A stretch of 64,000 nt of DNA. It comes from Mobula hypostoma (lineage: Eukaryota). Made by a program: the position numbers and the translations under genes. Under the pieces are notes generated by a model. It was not told the DNA's origin. It was given only the letters and a program-made list of their open reading frames with translations, and made no database searches. Below are positions 13,946 through 25,862 of the stretch, piece after piece; the stretch's first letter is position 1; every line of letters begins with the position of its first letter. Location of the stretch: contig NC_086109.1 of assembly GCF_963921235.1 (NCBI RefSeq), positions 35,900,001 to 35,964,000 on the forward strand, read 5' to 3'.

Positions 13946-14280
13946 CAGTGCTCTTGGATGGCAAGATCAACAATGAAAGGTAAGGGTTGGCGCAAACAGC
14001 AAATGTCATCATGAATTCAAAACCATGGGTCATATTAAATCAAGCTGCCCATTAAGTTCTGTTGTAAAACTAGTTGTCATCACAGCATCTCACTGTATTA
14101 ATACACTGAGCATGCAGATGTGAGGCAATTGCTGCTTTAAAAAGGATGAAGAAAGATTATTCTAACATCAGTAATCTGGAGTCTTGCATTATTTTAAATT
14201 TCAATAACTGCTATTTAAAATTGAATGTTATTATGACAAACCAGCATACTTCATAATTTATTCCCATTAGAAATATTCAT

Positions 14281-14413
14281 TAGGAGTGCCGCATACGTAG
14301 AGCCCTGAGCATTTTCAGTGATCCCTCCCATTTGTCCAACAGTTTCTCTGACCCCCTACCATTAGGTAGGAGGTACCATAACATTAGGACAAAAACTGTT
14401 AGGATAGGAAACA
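14281..14413 (+). mobile_element. Rex1/Babar ORF C-terminal fragment
   Basis: Translates CRIRRALSIFSDPSHLSNSFSDPLPLGRRYHNIRTKTVRIGN, cf. KAASIIRD..HP.HALFSLLPSG at 40265-40345. Confidence 0.75.
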
Positions 14414-16374
14414 GACCCCGCTCTGGTCTTCTGCCTGCTCTGGATCTTTTTATTGCTAACTGCCGACGGGACATCAACCGTCTCGACTTCACCGCACCTT
14501 GTCCCCATTCCAACCTCACTCCTTCGGAACGCTCTGCTCTCCACTCCCTCCGCACTAATCCTAACCTTATTATTAAGCCTGCTGATAAGGGGGGTGCTGT
14601 TGTAGTCTGGCGTACTGACCTCTACCTTGCCGAGGCACAGCGACAACTCGCGGATACCTCCTCTTATTTACCCCTCGATCGTGACCCCACTAAGGAGCAC
14701 CAGGCCATTGTCTCCCACACCATCACCGACTTTATCCGCTCAGGGGATCTCCCATCCACTGCTACCAACCTTATATTTCCCACACCCCGCACTTCCTGTT
14801 TCTACCTCCTACCCAAGATCCACAAACCTGCCTGTCCTAGCCGACCTATTGTCTCAGCTTGCTCCTGCCCCACCGAACTCATTTCTGCATACCTCGACAC
14901 TGTTTTATCACCCCTTGTTCAATCCCTTCCGACCTATGTTCATGACACTTCTCACGCTCTTAAACTTTTCGATGATTTTAAGTTCCCTGGCCCCCACCGC
15001 TTTATTTTCGCCATGGATGTCCAGTTCTTATATACTTCCATCCCCCATCGGGAAGGTCTCAAAGCTCTACGCTTCTTTTTGGATTCCAGACCTAATCAGT
15101 TCCCCTCTACCACCACTCTGCTCCGTTTAGCGGAATTAGTCCTTACTCTTAATAATTTCTCCTTTGGCTCCTCCCATTTCCTCCAAACTAAAGGTGCAGC
15201 TATGGGCACCCGTATGGGTCCTAGCTATGCCTGCCTTTTTGTTGGGTTTGTGGAACAATCTATGTTCCGTGCCTATTCTGGTATCTGTCCCCCACTTTTC
15301 CTTCGCTACATCAACGACTGCATTGGCGCTGCTTCCTGCACGCATGCAGAACTCGTTGACTTTATTAACTTTGCCTCCAACTTTCACCCTGCCCTCAAGT
15401 TTACCTGATCCATTTCTGACACCTCCCTCCCCTTTCTAGATCTTTCTGTCTCTGTCTCTGGAGACAGCTTATCCACTGATGTCTACTATAAGCCTACTGA
15501 CTCTCACAGCTATCTGGACTATTCCTCTTCTCACCCTGTCTCTTGCAAAAACGCCATCCCCTTCTCGCAATTCCTCCGTCTCCGCCGCATCTGCTCTCAG
15601 GATGAGGCTTTTCATTCTAGGACGAGGGAGATGTCTTCCTTTTTTAAAGAAAGGGGCTTCCCTTCCTCCACTATCAACTCTGCTCTTAAACGTATCTCCC
15701 CCATTTCACGTACATCTGCTCTCACTCCATCCTCCCACCACCCCACTAGGAATAGGGTTCCCCTGGTCCTCACCTACCACCCCACCAGCCTCCGGGTCCA
15801 ACATATTATTCGCCGTAACTTCCGCCACCTCCAACGGGATCCCACCACTAAGCACATCTTTCCCTCCCCACCTCTCTCTGCATTCCGCAGGGATTGCTCC
15901 CTACGCAACTCCCTTGTCCATTCGTCCCCCCCATCCCTCCCCACTGATCTCCCTCCTGGCACTTATCCGTGTAAGCGGAACAAGTGCTACACATGCCCTT
16001 ACACTTCCTCCCTTACCACCATTCAGGGCCCCAAACAGTCCTTCCAGGTGAGGCAACACTTCACCTGTGAGTCAACTGGGGTGATATACTGCGTCCGGTG
16101 CTCCCGATGTGGCCTTTTATATATTGGGGAGACCCGACGCAGACTGGGAGACCGCTTTGCTGAACATCTACGCTCTGTCCACCAGAGAAAGCAGGATCTC
16201 CCAGTGGCCACACATTTTAATTCCACATCCCATTCCCATTCTGACATGTCTATCCATGGCCTCCTCTACTGTAAAGATGAAGCCACACTCAGGTTGGAGG
16301 AACAACACCTTATATTCCGTCTGGGTAGCCTCCAACCCGATGGCATGAACATTGACTTCTCTAACTTCCGCTAA
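14414..16374 (+). pseudogene. Penelope RT/GIY-YIG polyprotein, interrupted
   Basis: ORFs 14332-15408 and 15631-16374 are in the same frame, split by TGA at 15406-15408 (TGG/W in the other copy); catalytic YIDD is YIND here. Confidence 0.9.
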
Positions 16375-16669
16375 GGCCCCACCTCCCCCTCGTACCGCAT
16401 CTGTTACTTATTTTTATGCACACATTCTTTCTCTCACTCTCCTTTTTCTCCCTCTGTCCCTCTGAATATACCTATTGCCCATCCTCTGGGTCCCCCCCCC
16501 CCCCCGTCTTTCTTCCCGGACCTCCTGTCCCATGATCCTCTCGTATCCCCTTTTGCCTATCACCTGTCCAGCTCTTGGCTCTGTCCCTCCCCCTCCTGTC
16601 TTCTCCTATCATTTTGGATCTCCAACTCCCTCTCCAACTTTCAAATCCCTTACTCACTCTTCCTTCAGT

Positions 16670-16707
16670 TAGTCCTGACGAAGGGTCTCGGCCTGAAACG
16701 TCGACTG
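16670..16707 (+). ncRNA. Minimal type-I hammerhead ribozyme, intact core
   Basis: AGTC-CTGACGA-AGGGTCTCGGCCT-GAAA-CGTC-GACT: helix I AGUC/GACU, CUGANGA and GAAA boxes, helix II hairpin, GUC triplet at 16700-16702. Confidence 0.88.
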
Positions 16708-18051
16708 CACCTCTTCCTACAGATGCTGCCTGGCCTGCTGCGTTCACCAGCAACTTTGATGTGTGTTGCTTGAAACAATTCTTTTAATTTTTTTCTCTGT
16801 CAAAATCTCAACTTCCTTTCACTCTGTTTTACTTTCTGTACTTGATATGTCCTTGAATTAATATGCACCATATTTCAGACTCCACATGTGTTTGGATTCT
16901 TTCTTATAATTGTTTAAGCAGATATACCATTGTTTTCCCCAATAACATTTACTTCAAAGCTACCTGGTTACAATGCATCAGTGCCACATTTTCTGTGTGA
17001 CTTGACAAGTTGGAATTTATGCTTGGAAAATAATCAAGTATTTCTGAATCATGTATGCTCTCCTATGAATGTTGCATTTTGTTGGAGGTAGAATGACTAT
17101 AACCTTTGGGTAATCATGCTCAAAATATCACTCCAATTTCCTTTAAAGATATCCAAGTGAAGGAGGTAACTATTCAATATAATTATATTTAGATGGTTAT
17201 GCATTCACAGGATCTGTCAAACCTTCATAAAACAACAACCAACAAATAGATATTGTACATGATGCCTCCACCCCCCACTATCACTTACTTCGCTCCCTCC
17301 GCACCCCACCTCTGTTTGTTTGTGTTGGAATTTAATTATATTCTAGAAATTGTAACCATTTTGCACAGCTTATAAAGACCCAATATAATGATAATGCACA
17401 ACTCATAATTATAGGGACAATAAATACAATAGAGATTAATAATTATGGGAACAATAATTACAGAAAATGGATAAACAACTAAACCTTATATTTTCAGCAT
17501 GCAAGACTATAATTTATATTTTGGCAGCCCAGTGTATTAGCCAGCCCTATTTAATTTTCACACTTGACATCTTTTCTGTCTCAAAATTCAGTGACAAAAA
17601 AGACTTCATTTTGGACCAATTTATGCTAATTTATGAAGAAAAATATGTGTAGCAAGAAAATCACAGGCTTGCAAATGAAGGACAACATTGGCAATGCATT
17701 GCTAGCATCAGTAAAAGTGATGATTGTAATCAACTGTTTTGCTATAAACACTTCTGAACAACAGGGAGCTTTGGCAAGAATGGATTAGTTTTCAGTTCAT
17801 TGCTGTATTACTCAGATCGCAGATGTTCTGTTTTGAGATGCCAGTGAATACATTAAAGTCATTGCCAGAATGCAAAGGGTAGAAGCTGACAGGTTTTTAT
17901 TTTGAAAAATGTGGTATCTCCTTGAAAAAGGATTCTGCGCATTTCGCCTGTGGGTCTAGTCCTTTGTGTTGAGATGCTATTACTCTGGAATAATGGTGTC
18001 AACACCCAGACTCAAGACGATGCCTAGATGTTCTGCAGTTAACAACAGAGT

Positions 18052-18322
18052 GCAAGCACAATAGTGTAGTGGTTAGCAAAACACTTTGCAGAATAGGTGA
18101 CCTGGGTTCAATTCCCAACGCTACCCATATGTTCTGTCCGTGACCACATGGGTTTCCTCCAGGTGCTCAAGGTTCCTCCTACAACCTGAAGTACTGGATA
18201 GTAGGTTAATTGGTCACTGTTGTCTGTCCTGTGATTAGGCTAGTGTTAAATTGGTGGTTTGCTGTATGGTGCAGCTCAAAGTGCTGGAACAACCTTCTCT
18301 ATGCTACATCTCAATAAATTTT
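18052..18322 (+). mobile_element. V-SINE (HE1-like)
   Basis: A box TAGTGTAGTGG, B box GGTTCAATTCC, V-domain CCGTGACCACATGGGTTTCCTCCAGGTGCTC. Confidence 0.85.
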
Positions 18323-18339
18323 TAAAAATGAAGATATGA

Positions 18340-18780
18340 AAGGATTGGTTCAGCGGCAAACAAAAATCAGCCTGGAGAACTGTAAGGTCATGCATTATAC
18401 TAGGAAAAGTAGATAACAAAGTACAGGTTAACTGAAAAATATATTGAAAAATTCAGAGGAATTTCCACTTGATTAAATAACTTGATAAAAATATACAAAG
18501 ATTCTCATGGGTCTTGATGGGACTAATACAGAAAACCTGTTTCCTCTTTTGGGAGAATCTAGAATTAGAGTTACTGTTTAAAAGAGGGGTGAAGCATAGA
18601 TCTTGGTGACCCTTCCTCCAGCAGAATCTTGAAATATCTAGACAGATTATTGATAAGGGAAGGGTTAAATCCCTGCTTAAGGCAATGAGAGTGTAGAGTC
18701 CAGCTCACAATCAGATCAGTCATGATCTTATTGAGTAGCAGAGCAGGCTCAAGGGGCCAAGGCAAATACTATAGAACTTA
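18340..18780 (+). mobile_element. Degenerate CR1 3' portion
   Basis: TGTAAGGTCATGCAT (CKVMH), CTGTTTCCTCTTTTGGGAGAATCTAGAA, and tail CATGATCTTATTGAGTAGCAGAGCAGGCTCAAGGGGCC. Confidence 0.6.
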
Positions 18781-18799
18781 ATTTGTGTGATTATATTAA

Positions 18800-18925
18800 G
18801 ATCAAGTTTAATTATCATTCAACCGTACATGAATATAACCAAAAAATGCAGTGTTCCTCTGGGGCCAAGGTGCAAAACACATTACCAACAGCACGCAGTA
18901 CACTGAACGGAGCATATAGCACATT
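18800..18925 (-). repeat. LINE-type 3' UTR fragment
   Basis: Homologous to 9630-9765. Confidence 0.65.
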
Positions 18926-18929
18926 TTGG

Positions 18930-21478
18930 TTACAATTTCAGAATCACTAGATTCTGGAATGACTCCCAAGGACTGAAGGATTGCAAATATATCACTCCAC
19001 TCTCAAAGAAGGGAGGGAGGCAGAAGAAAGGAAGTTAAACTGGATGCTAGATTTAAGGACTGGACAGCTAAAGGAAAAAAAAACTATCTGCAATATAATG
19101 AAAGAAGGAACACTGTTCAGTTTTGAAATGCTTAAAGAGAAACACTTATTCGAAAAACAAGACTTTTACAAGTATTTACAGATGCAACAGTATGTTAATA
19201 GGACAGTTAAAAATGTAACCAAGGCAAGTACATGTCTGATAGAGCAATTTAGAAAAGCATATATTTCAGACAATGGTAGTAGAATAATTTCAAGCAGATA
19301 TAAGGGTTTGTCAAGTCTTAAAACACATTCGACTTCATACATTAAAACAAAATGGGAGAAGGAAGGAGGAATAATAATATCTGAGGAAGACTGGACAATA
19401 ATATGGAGGCATCAATGGAAGTGTACCAGTTCACAGAAATGGAGGGAGTTCGGGTGGAAAAACTTGATAAGATATTTTATTACACCCTCTCAGAAATCCC
19501 ATTATGATAGTAACCCCGCCCCTGATTGCTGGAGATATTGTGGAAATCAGAATGCAAACAATTATCATATTTTCTGGGAATGCCCCGTTATCAAAGACTA
19601 TTGGAGTGGGATACATAATGTCCTACAAGACATCATTAAATATGAAATACCCTTGGAAAGTAAGACCATATATTTTAGGTATGTACCTCAAGAATGGTTG
19701 AAAAGAAATATTTAATGAATACACTGCTGGTGGCTGGTAAAAAGACCCTTACCAGGAAATGGTTATCACAGGAGAGCCCAACTTTAAATGTATGGATGGA
19801 AATTATAATGGACATTTACAAAATGGAGAAGATAACAGCATCTGATAATCATAAGTTGGAACAATTTTATTCCTACTGGAAAAAATGTTTTAACAACATA
19901 ACACCTCATAGGCCTGATTTTATTCTCACAAGTCAATGAATATGTTGTAAGCAAAAAGATCACTCCCTACTCTGTAGATAGTTTTCTTTTTTCGATTGTT
20001 CTTTCTTTCCTCTCCTTTCTATAAGTGTATACCTCAGGTAAGTATTATGTGGAGATTTGTGACAAATATGATTATATGATATATATGTACAGTGTCTGAA
20101 ATACATCTTGTGGAAATGTTTGTTTGATGATGAAATTCAATAAAAAATAAATTACAAAAAAAAAAGAAAGGAAGTTATATGCCAGTTAGTATGACTTTAG
20201 TTGTTGGAAAAACGTTGGGGTCTATTATTAAGAACAAGGTTTTTTGGTACTTGGAGCAGATGAATTAATAGGCCAATGTTAGCATGGTTTTCTAAAGGGG
20301 AACTCTTGCCTGACATATCTTTTGGAATTCTTTGAAGAAATAACAGGTATGATAGACAAAGGAGAGTCACTGGATATTGTTTACTAGGATTTTCAGATGG
20401 ATTTTGACAAGGTGCACACATGAGGATACTTGACACAGTAAAAACCCATGGTATTACAGAAAAGGTACAAGAATGGAGGGAAGAATGGCAGGCTGGCTGG
20501 GATAAAGGGTTAGAATAAAGGGGGCCTGTTCTGGTTAGCTGCCGGTCAACAGTGGTGTGCCACAGGGGTCAGTGTGGGGAGCAGTTCTTTTCACATTGTA
20601 TGTCAATGCTTTGGATGAAGGAATTGACAGCTTCATGGCCAGGTTAGCGGGCGATATTAAGATAGGTGGAGGGGCAGGTCGTCTTGAGGAAGCATGGTGT
20701 CTGCAGCAGGACTTAGACACATTGGGAGGATGAGCGAAGAAGTGTCAAACGGAATATTAAAAAAAAGAGAAATGAAGGACATGCACTTTGACAGAAGGAA
20801 TAAAGGCATGGGCTACTTTGTAAATGGGGAGAAAAATTTGATAATCAGAGATGCAGCTTGAGCTGGTGGTAAGGAAGGCAAATAAAATGCAAATTCATTT
20901 TGAGAAGTCTAGAATACAAAAAGAAGGAAGTGATGCTGAAGACTTTATAAGGCACTGATGATACCTCACTTGGAGTATTGTGAGCAGTCTTGGGTCCCTT
21001 ATTTAAAGGTTGTGCTGACGTTGGAGATAGTCGAGAGATTTATAAGAATGATTCCAGGAATGAAAGGGTTAACAAGTGAGGAGCACCTGATGTCTCTCGG
21101 ACTGTAATCACTGGAGGTTAGAAGAATGGCGGGGGGGTGGGGGGATCTCATTGAAACCTATCGAATATTGAAAGGTCTGGATTGAGTGCATGTGGAGAGA
21201 ATGTTTCCTATAGTGGGGAGTCTAGTGCCAGAGGGCACAGACTAAGAAAAGAGGGATGTTCATTTAGAACAGAGATGAGGAAAAATTTCTTTAGCCAGTG
21301 GGTGGTGAATCTATGGAATTCTTTGACTCAGAGGGCTGTGTAGGCCAACTCATTGGATACATTTAAGGTGGAGTTTTATAGGTTTTTGATTCATCTAGAC
21401 ATAAAAGGTTACGGGGAGTAGGAGGGAGGATGGGGCTGAGAGAGAAAATAATTCAGCCATGGTGGAATGGCGGAGCAG
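18930..21478 (+). mobile_element. CR1 LINE (RT to 3' end) interrupted by an L1-like insertion
   Basis: SLDSG..P.DW.IANI.PL.KKGGRQKKG|Y.PVS.T.VVGK motif split at 19037/20178; then HGF..G.SCLT, GVPQGSV.G..LF and a CR1 3' UTR. Confidence 0.88.
19038..20163 (+). mobile_element. L1/Tx1-clade LINE, 5'-truncated, with poly-A and 14-bp TSD
   Basis: ORF2 C-terminus with zinc knuckle CWRYC...HIFWECP; AATAAA + poly-A at ~20139-20165; TSD AAGAAAGGAAGTTA at 19024-19037 and 20164-20177. Confidence 0.92.
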
Positions 21479-21585
21479 ATGCTGGAAATTTAGAGCAACA
21501 TACACAAAGTGCTGGAGGAACTCAAAGGGTTAGGTAGCATTTATAGAGAGAAGTATGCAGTCAATGTTTTGCACTAAGACCCTTA
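21475..21585 (-). repeat. Penelope terminal-repeat fragment with decayed hammerhead half
   Basis: GCAGATGCTGGAAATTTAGAGCAACATACACAAAGTGCTGGAGGAACTC...CAGTCAATGTTTTGCACTAAGACCCTT; reverse complement of 59960-60066. Confidence 0.78.
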
Positions 21586-21980
21586 GTTCTGGTCACTATG
21601 TCACATGCAGAATAAAATAGCATCATTGAAAGTGAAGTAAATTACAAGAATTTTAGCAATGTTATAAGCTTAGATAGACTGCCAATTTCTTTTAAACATA
21701 GAAAGGTAAAAGGAGATTTAATTGAGGCATAGGAAATAGCCAAAGATTTGAATAGGGTGAGTAGGAAAGACCCTATTTTCCTCCGCAGCATTTCACTCTC
21801 AGCCCATTAATTTGGAACATAAATTAAAGGTAGAACAATGTGAGGGTCATTGAGAATTTTTCACTTTGTGCTATTGGTGGCGTGGAACTCCCCGCCAGAA
21901 AGGTCTGGAGAGAAGTGAACTCTCATCACTTTTTGAGTGTGGTTGAAAGAACACATGGTATACAGTAACCTGAAAGGTTC
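21585..21980 (+). mobile_element. Old CR1 3' remnant
   Basis: AGTTCTGGTCAC (QFWS), AAGGAGATTTAATTGAG (GDLIE), TGGAACTCCCCGCCAGAA (WNS.PE) in order. Confidence 0.5.
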
Positions 21981-23714
21981 GACTTATGTTCATCTAGCTG
22001 AGCTTCACTTTTCAAAACCTGGAATGTGAAGTTGGGTTACGTGAGCAAGATATGTCAAATATTGCAATGATCTTCTATTACTCACTTGTCCAGCATTTGC
22101 ATTGTTATTTTATTGAAAATCTGTATTTTACTGAAAACTTGAAGTAATAATATTTTAAAAATTGCTTAACAAACAATTTTACATTTATTTTAATTTTGAA
22201 CATAGAGTAAAATTCTGTTTTGACGATTAGTCCAATGAAACATTGCATTTCTCATTTTCACTCTCACTTTTGCTACTCTGCATTGAATTGCACACATCAG
22301 AAAATAAAGCTGTAACTGATAGCTTCAGAGAGTGTTTGGAGGAGAGGATTAAATTGTTTTGGTGATCTCCTGTTGCATTGAAAGACAGCTTTGAAACAAC
22401 AAACTGAATGACTCCCTGGAACTGCTTGTCGATTCCAGCAATGGATAATGAGCCAGATAGCTACGAATAGCAAAGCTGCCAGGGCTGGTCATTATTACCA
22501 AAAGGATTTTTTTGATTTAAGTTGTGTGCAGTTAAGTTGGAAAATACGTAATTTGAAGTTATTATACCTCTGCAGGCTGCATATTTTCAGTCTGATTCCT
22601 GGAATTTATGCAGAAATCACAGTCAAAGCCTCTTTCTTCTTGCGCCAATATTTTTGTTTTGATTGGCTCCTTGAATAATATATTTAGGATATCTTTTCAA
22701 TTTCCTTCCTGCTTTGCCTAAATTAGTAAAGAAAGTTGTAACCATCTTTTAGCTATTTGTGATAAAAACTATTTTATTCTTTTCTGGCTAATTTTTGTTT
22801 CAGTTGCCAATTATACATTTTTTTCTTTTGTGGGTCAAGCAGAGCATAAACAAAGTTCCTGAATTCTGATCTTCCTGTCTCTTTCAGTAAGAATCTTATG
22901 TAATTGAATAGCCTCTAGCCAAGAAGCATATCAATTACTGTCATAGTTCATGAGCTAGTTTCAAGTTTCTGGAACAGCACCAGGAGAGCTCTGCTGAAGG
23001 ATATATCTCTACAATTAAGATGACTATCATAGTCTCAAAGAGCTATATTTGATATCTTGCCCGGGTGCTTGCCAAATTCAGCCAAGCAAGCATCCTACAT
23101 ACTGAGAATCTGTTGTGCTTCATACAACTTTGTAGCTTAATAAACCTGGCTGGAGACTTCTGAGAATTTTGGGACAACAGGGTAGGATGAAAGTGGGAGA
23201 GAAGCACATACTTATTCCTGTTACTTTGGAACAAGAAGATCGCCAAGCTGTACTTCATTAAATAAAACAGAATCACTTTAAGCAATTCTTCAGGACATGT
23301 AAAAAGTGTTTCAGGATTCAGTTTGATAAGTGTAATCATTCTTTGAACAACCTTCACATCCAACTACCTTCCTCATCCTTAAAGAATTCAACTCATTTTA
23401 ATGCTAAAAACATTCTGAAACTTGACAGCCTCTTAGAATTTCCTTGGACCTTTGTACATATATAGGAATAATTGTGCACAAAAACACAGAGCTTTTCTAA
23501 GTGTTTTCAATGGCATGAATAACTGAAGAAGAATAAAGGGCAAAGCAGAAGTGAATAAAAGCCATTTTGAGCTTTGCATGAGTAAAAAGATGCACATTTC
23601 TTCTTTTCATTCAAGCTGGATTTACATTGTAACTGGGCACAAATTTTTAAAGAATTGGTTGTCTGTTGTAGTAATAGAAATACTAATAGAAATATTTATA
23701 TACTGAGTTGGATC

Positions 23715-24006
23715 GAAGCAGCTAGCGCGATGCTATCATAGTCAAACCGTAGGAGTTCAGAGTTTAATTCTGACATCATCTATAAGGAGGTTTTACGTCT
23801 TCCTTGTGAATGGATGGATTTCCTCAGGATACTCCAATCTCCTCCCGCAGTCCAAAGAAGTACCGGTTAGTATGTTAACTGGTCATTGTAAATTGTCAGT
23901 GATTAGGCCAGGTTTAAATCACTGAGTTGCCGATGGTGCAGATCAAACCTCCAGAAAGACCTGGAGGTTCTGTGCTGTATCTTTAAATAAAAATAAGTAA
24001 AATAAA
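23715..24006 (+). mobile_element. V-SINE (HE1-like), diverged
   Basis: CTCCTCCCGCAGTCCAAAGA, GGTCATTGTAAATTGTC and A-rich tail shared with other copies. Confidence 0.78.
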
Positions 24007-24139
24007 GTTTAGGTTTGGCTGTTACCTGAAGGAAACTGTTGCCAGTTGCCAGTGTGGCTGTGTCTCCGTATAGTGCACTGTGATGCTCTTAGAGAAAGGT
24101 GTAAATGGTATTCATGAACACTACCCCACGATTCTCCTT

Positions 24140-24254
24140 GTGTGCAATTTATTTTATTTACCGAATAGTAATCTCTATATCTTGCACTGTATGGCTGTCA
24201 CAAAACACCTAATTTCACGACATGTCAGTGATGATAACTCTGATTCTGATTCTG
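24140..24254 (+). repeat. LINE 3' tail ending in (TCTGAT)n, probably Rex1-group
   Basis: AATTTCACGACATGTCAGTGATGATAACTCTGATTCTGATTCTGA. Confidence 0.5.
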
Positions 24255-24699
24255 AGAAGTTCTGTCCTCTTGCAAATTCACTTCACTGATTTCCATTTCC
24301 ATTTGACAGTTAAGCAATGGACGGTATAATCTAATGTTCTGTAGCAGAACCTGAAATTACAGATAAAAACTCACATCTATTCATATCTACATTGTCTGAA
24401 TCCAAGCACAATTATGTCCAGGGAGTTAGAAATCCACATGAAGCAAAACTCAGTGGAGCTGACATGTTCTGATAATAACAGCAACAAAGTAGAAAAAATA
24501 TGCTGTCGCAAGTAAGGGCAGTTTTCTCCGGGGTCACAGCCAGCAGTCATTGCCAATCTACACATAATAACCAAGACATAACTTTTTTTCAGTACTTAGG
24601 GTTGGCTTAGAAAATACATGAGCCAAAGAATGAGACTGAAATAAGCTTGCTCCACAAATTGCAACGCACCTTTGTTTTAAGGCAGTGAGCTATAGAAAC

Positions 24700-25700
24700 C
24701 CACTAGGAACTTACAACAGTACAGCACAAGAGCAAGCCCTTTAGCCCACCAAGTTCTGTCGAACTAATGAAACTGGTGATTAAAGGCCTAACTAAACTAA
24801 TCCCTTCTGCCTACACAATATGTGACTCTCTCAATTCTCTGCCTATGCATGTGGCTATCCAACACTGCGCCATCTTTGCCTCCATTACCATCCCTGGCGC
24901 CACATTCCAGGCACCCACAAATCTGTATGTAGACCCACCCCCCCCCCGCGGCCACCCTCAGGGTCGCTCGGCTCGCTGTCGTCTGAGGAAACAGCCTCGG
25001 CCCCGCCAAACTGGGTAATAGTTTGTTTGGATGCTGTGTGAGGTACCCCACCTCGCCCAAATAACAGACAATACACCAGATGCAATTAAATGATTTACAG
25101 TTTATAGATATTACTGGAACTATATAATTAAGAGAGAATAAAATATAACAGGAAAATAAAAGGCGCCACACCTATCAAAGTTCAATCTTTTCGTGCACAA
25201 AACCGTTGGAGCTCAAGGACCTTCTTCTTCACCCTGCGACCCCCTTGGACCACCTTGACCGGCCGCCTGGGACCAACAACGGTGGTCGACCAGACGCTCC
25301 ACACGAGTCCGTCTCCGTCTCCTCGCCGAACGCCCTCCTCGGGGTCCGACCCCATTAGCGGACATCACAGCACATCGTCCATCCTCTGTCTCGCTCTCCC
25401 GCCTTCTGCCCCAAAACCCCATGCATACAGTATCTTCAAATACACCAAAACCATAACAATTATCCCAATTGGTTAATAGCATCCTCTTATCACCCTCTAA
25501 ACCAAAACAAGCTGCTAGCGCAAACTTTCTCAGCGTTTAACACAACAAAGCCACATTCCCCACATTATCATAACAAAGACGCCTCCGCAGTAACATAAAA
25601 GTCGAAACCCCCTTACATGAGTTTTTAAAAAAAGTACTTGCCCACACATCTCCTTCGAACTTGTCCCCCTTTCACCTTCAATACACACCCTCCTATATTA
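24700..25700 (-). mobile_element. CR1 3' end interrupted by a solo LTR
   Basis: CAGTACAGCACAAGAGCAAGCCCTTTAGCCCAC tail, CACATTCCAGGCACCCAC | AAAAAAGTACTTGCCCACACATCTCC continue across the LTR. Confidence 0.7.
24928..25617 (-). mobile_element. Solo LTR (Gypsy- or ERV-type)
   Basis: TGTA...TACA termini; colinear homology with 36639-37352; TSD imperfect (TGTA/TGAG); strand inferred. Confidence 0.85.
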
Positions 25701-25751
25701 GTCATAATCATAGTCATAGTCATACTTTATTGATCCCTGGGGAAATTGGTT
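25700..25751 (-). repeat. LINE 3' tail with (GACTAT)n terminus
   Basis: Second copy of 5070-5112. Confidence 0.55.
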
Positions 25752-25779
25752 AAATTAGGCATTTCACTTGAATAACCTG

Positions 25780-25862
25780 ATGCTGAGAAATAGTCTTTGA
25801 CTTGAAACTTTCACTCTCCATTGTTGCTGCCAGACACACTGAATATTTCTGGCTTTTTTTCT
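25780..25862 (+). repeat. Ancient Penelope terminal-repeat remnant
   Basis: CTGAGAAATAGTCTTTGACTTGAAACTT...TGCTGCCAGACACACTGAATATTTCTGGC has the same order as CTGA..GAAAC..TGCTGCC..CTGAG..CCAGC. Confidence 0.4.

Larger units (their letters stand above)
14414..16772 (+). mobile_element. Penelope-like retroelement (probably Neptune clade), 5'-truncated, with 3' terminal repeat
   Basis: RT motifs IIKPADKGG, YLLPKIHK, RPIVS, MDV..LYTSIP, GAAMG..MGP; Cys linker CKRNKCYTC; GIY-YIG nuclease VIY..C..C..LYIGET. Confidence 0.95.

Noticed and set aside
13146..13976. 276-aa proline-rich ORF as a host gene
   Set aside because: It is an alternative-frame read-through of duplicated C-rich Penelope sequence; the same peptide appears off-frame at 59070-59828.
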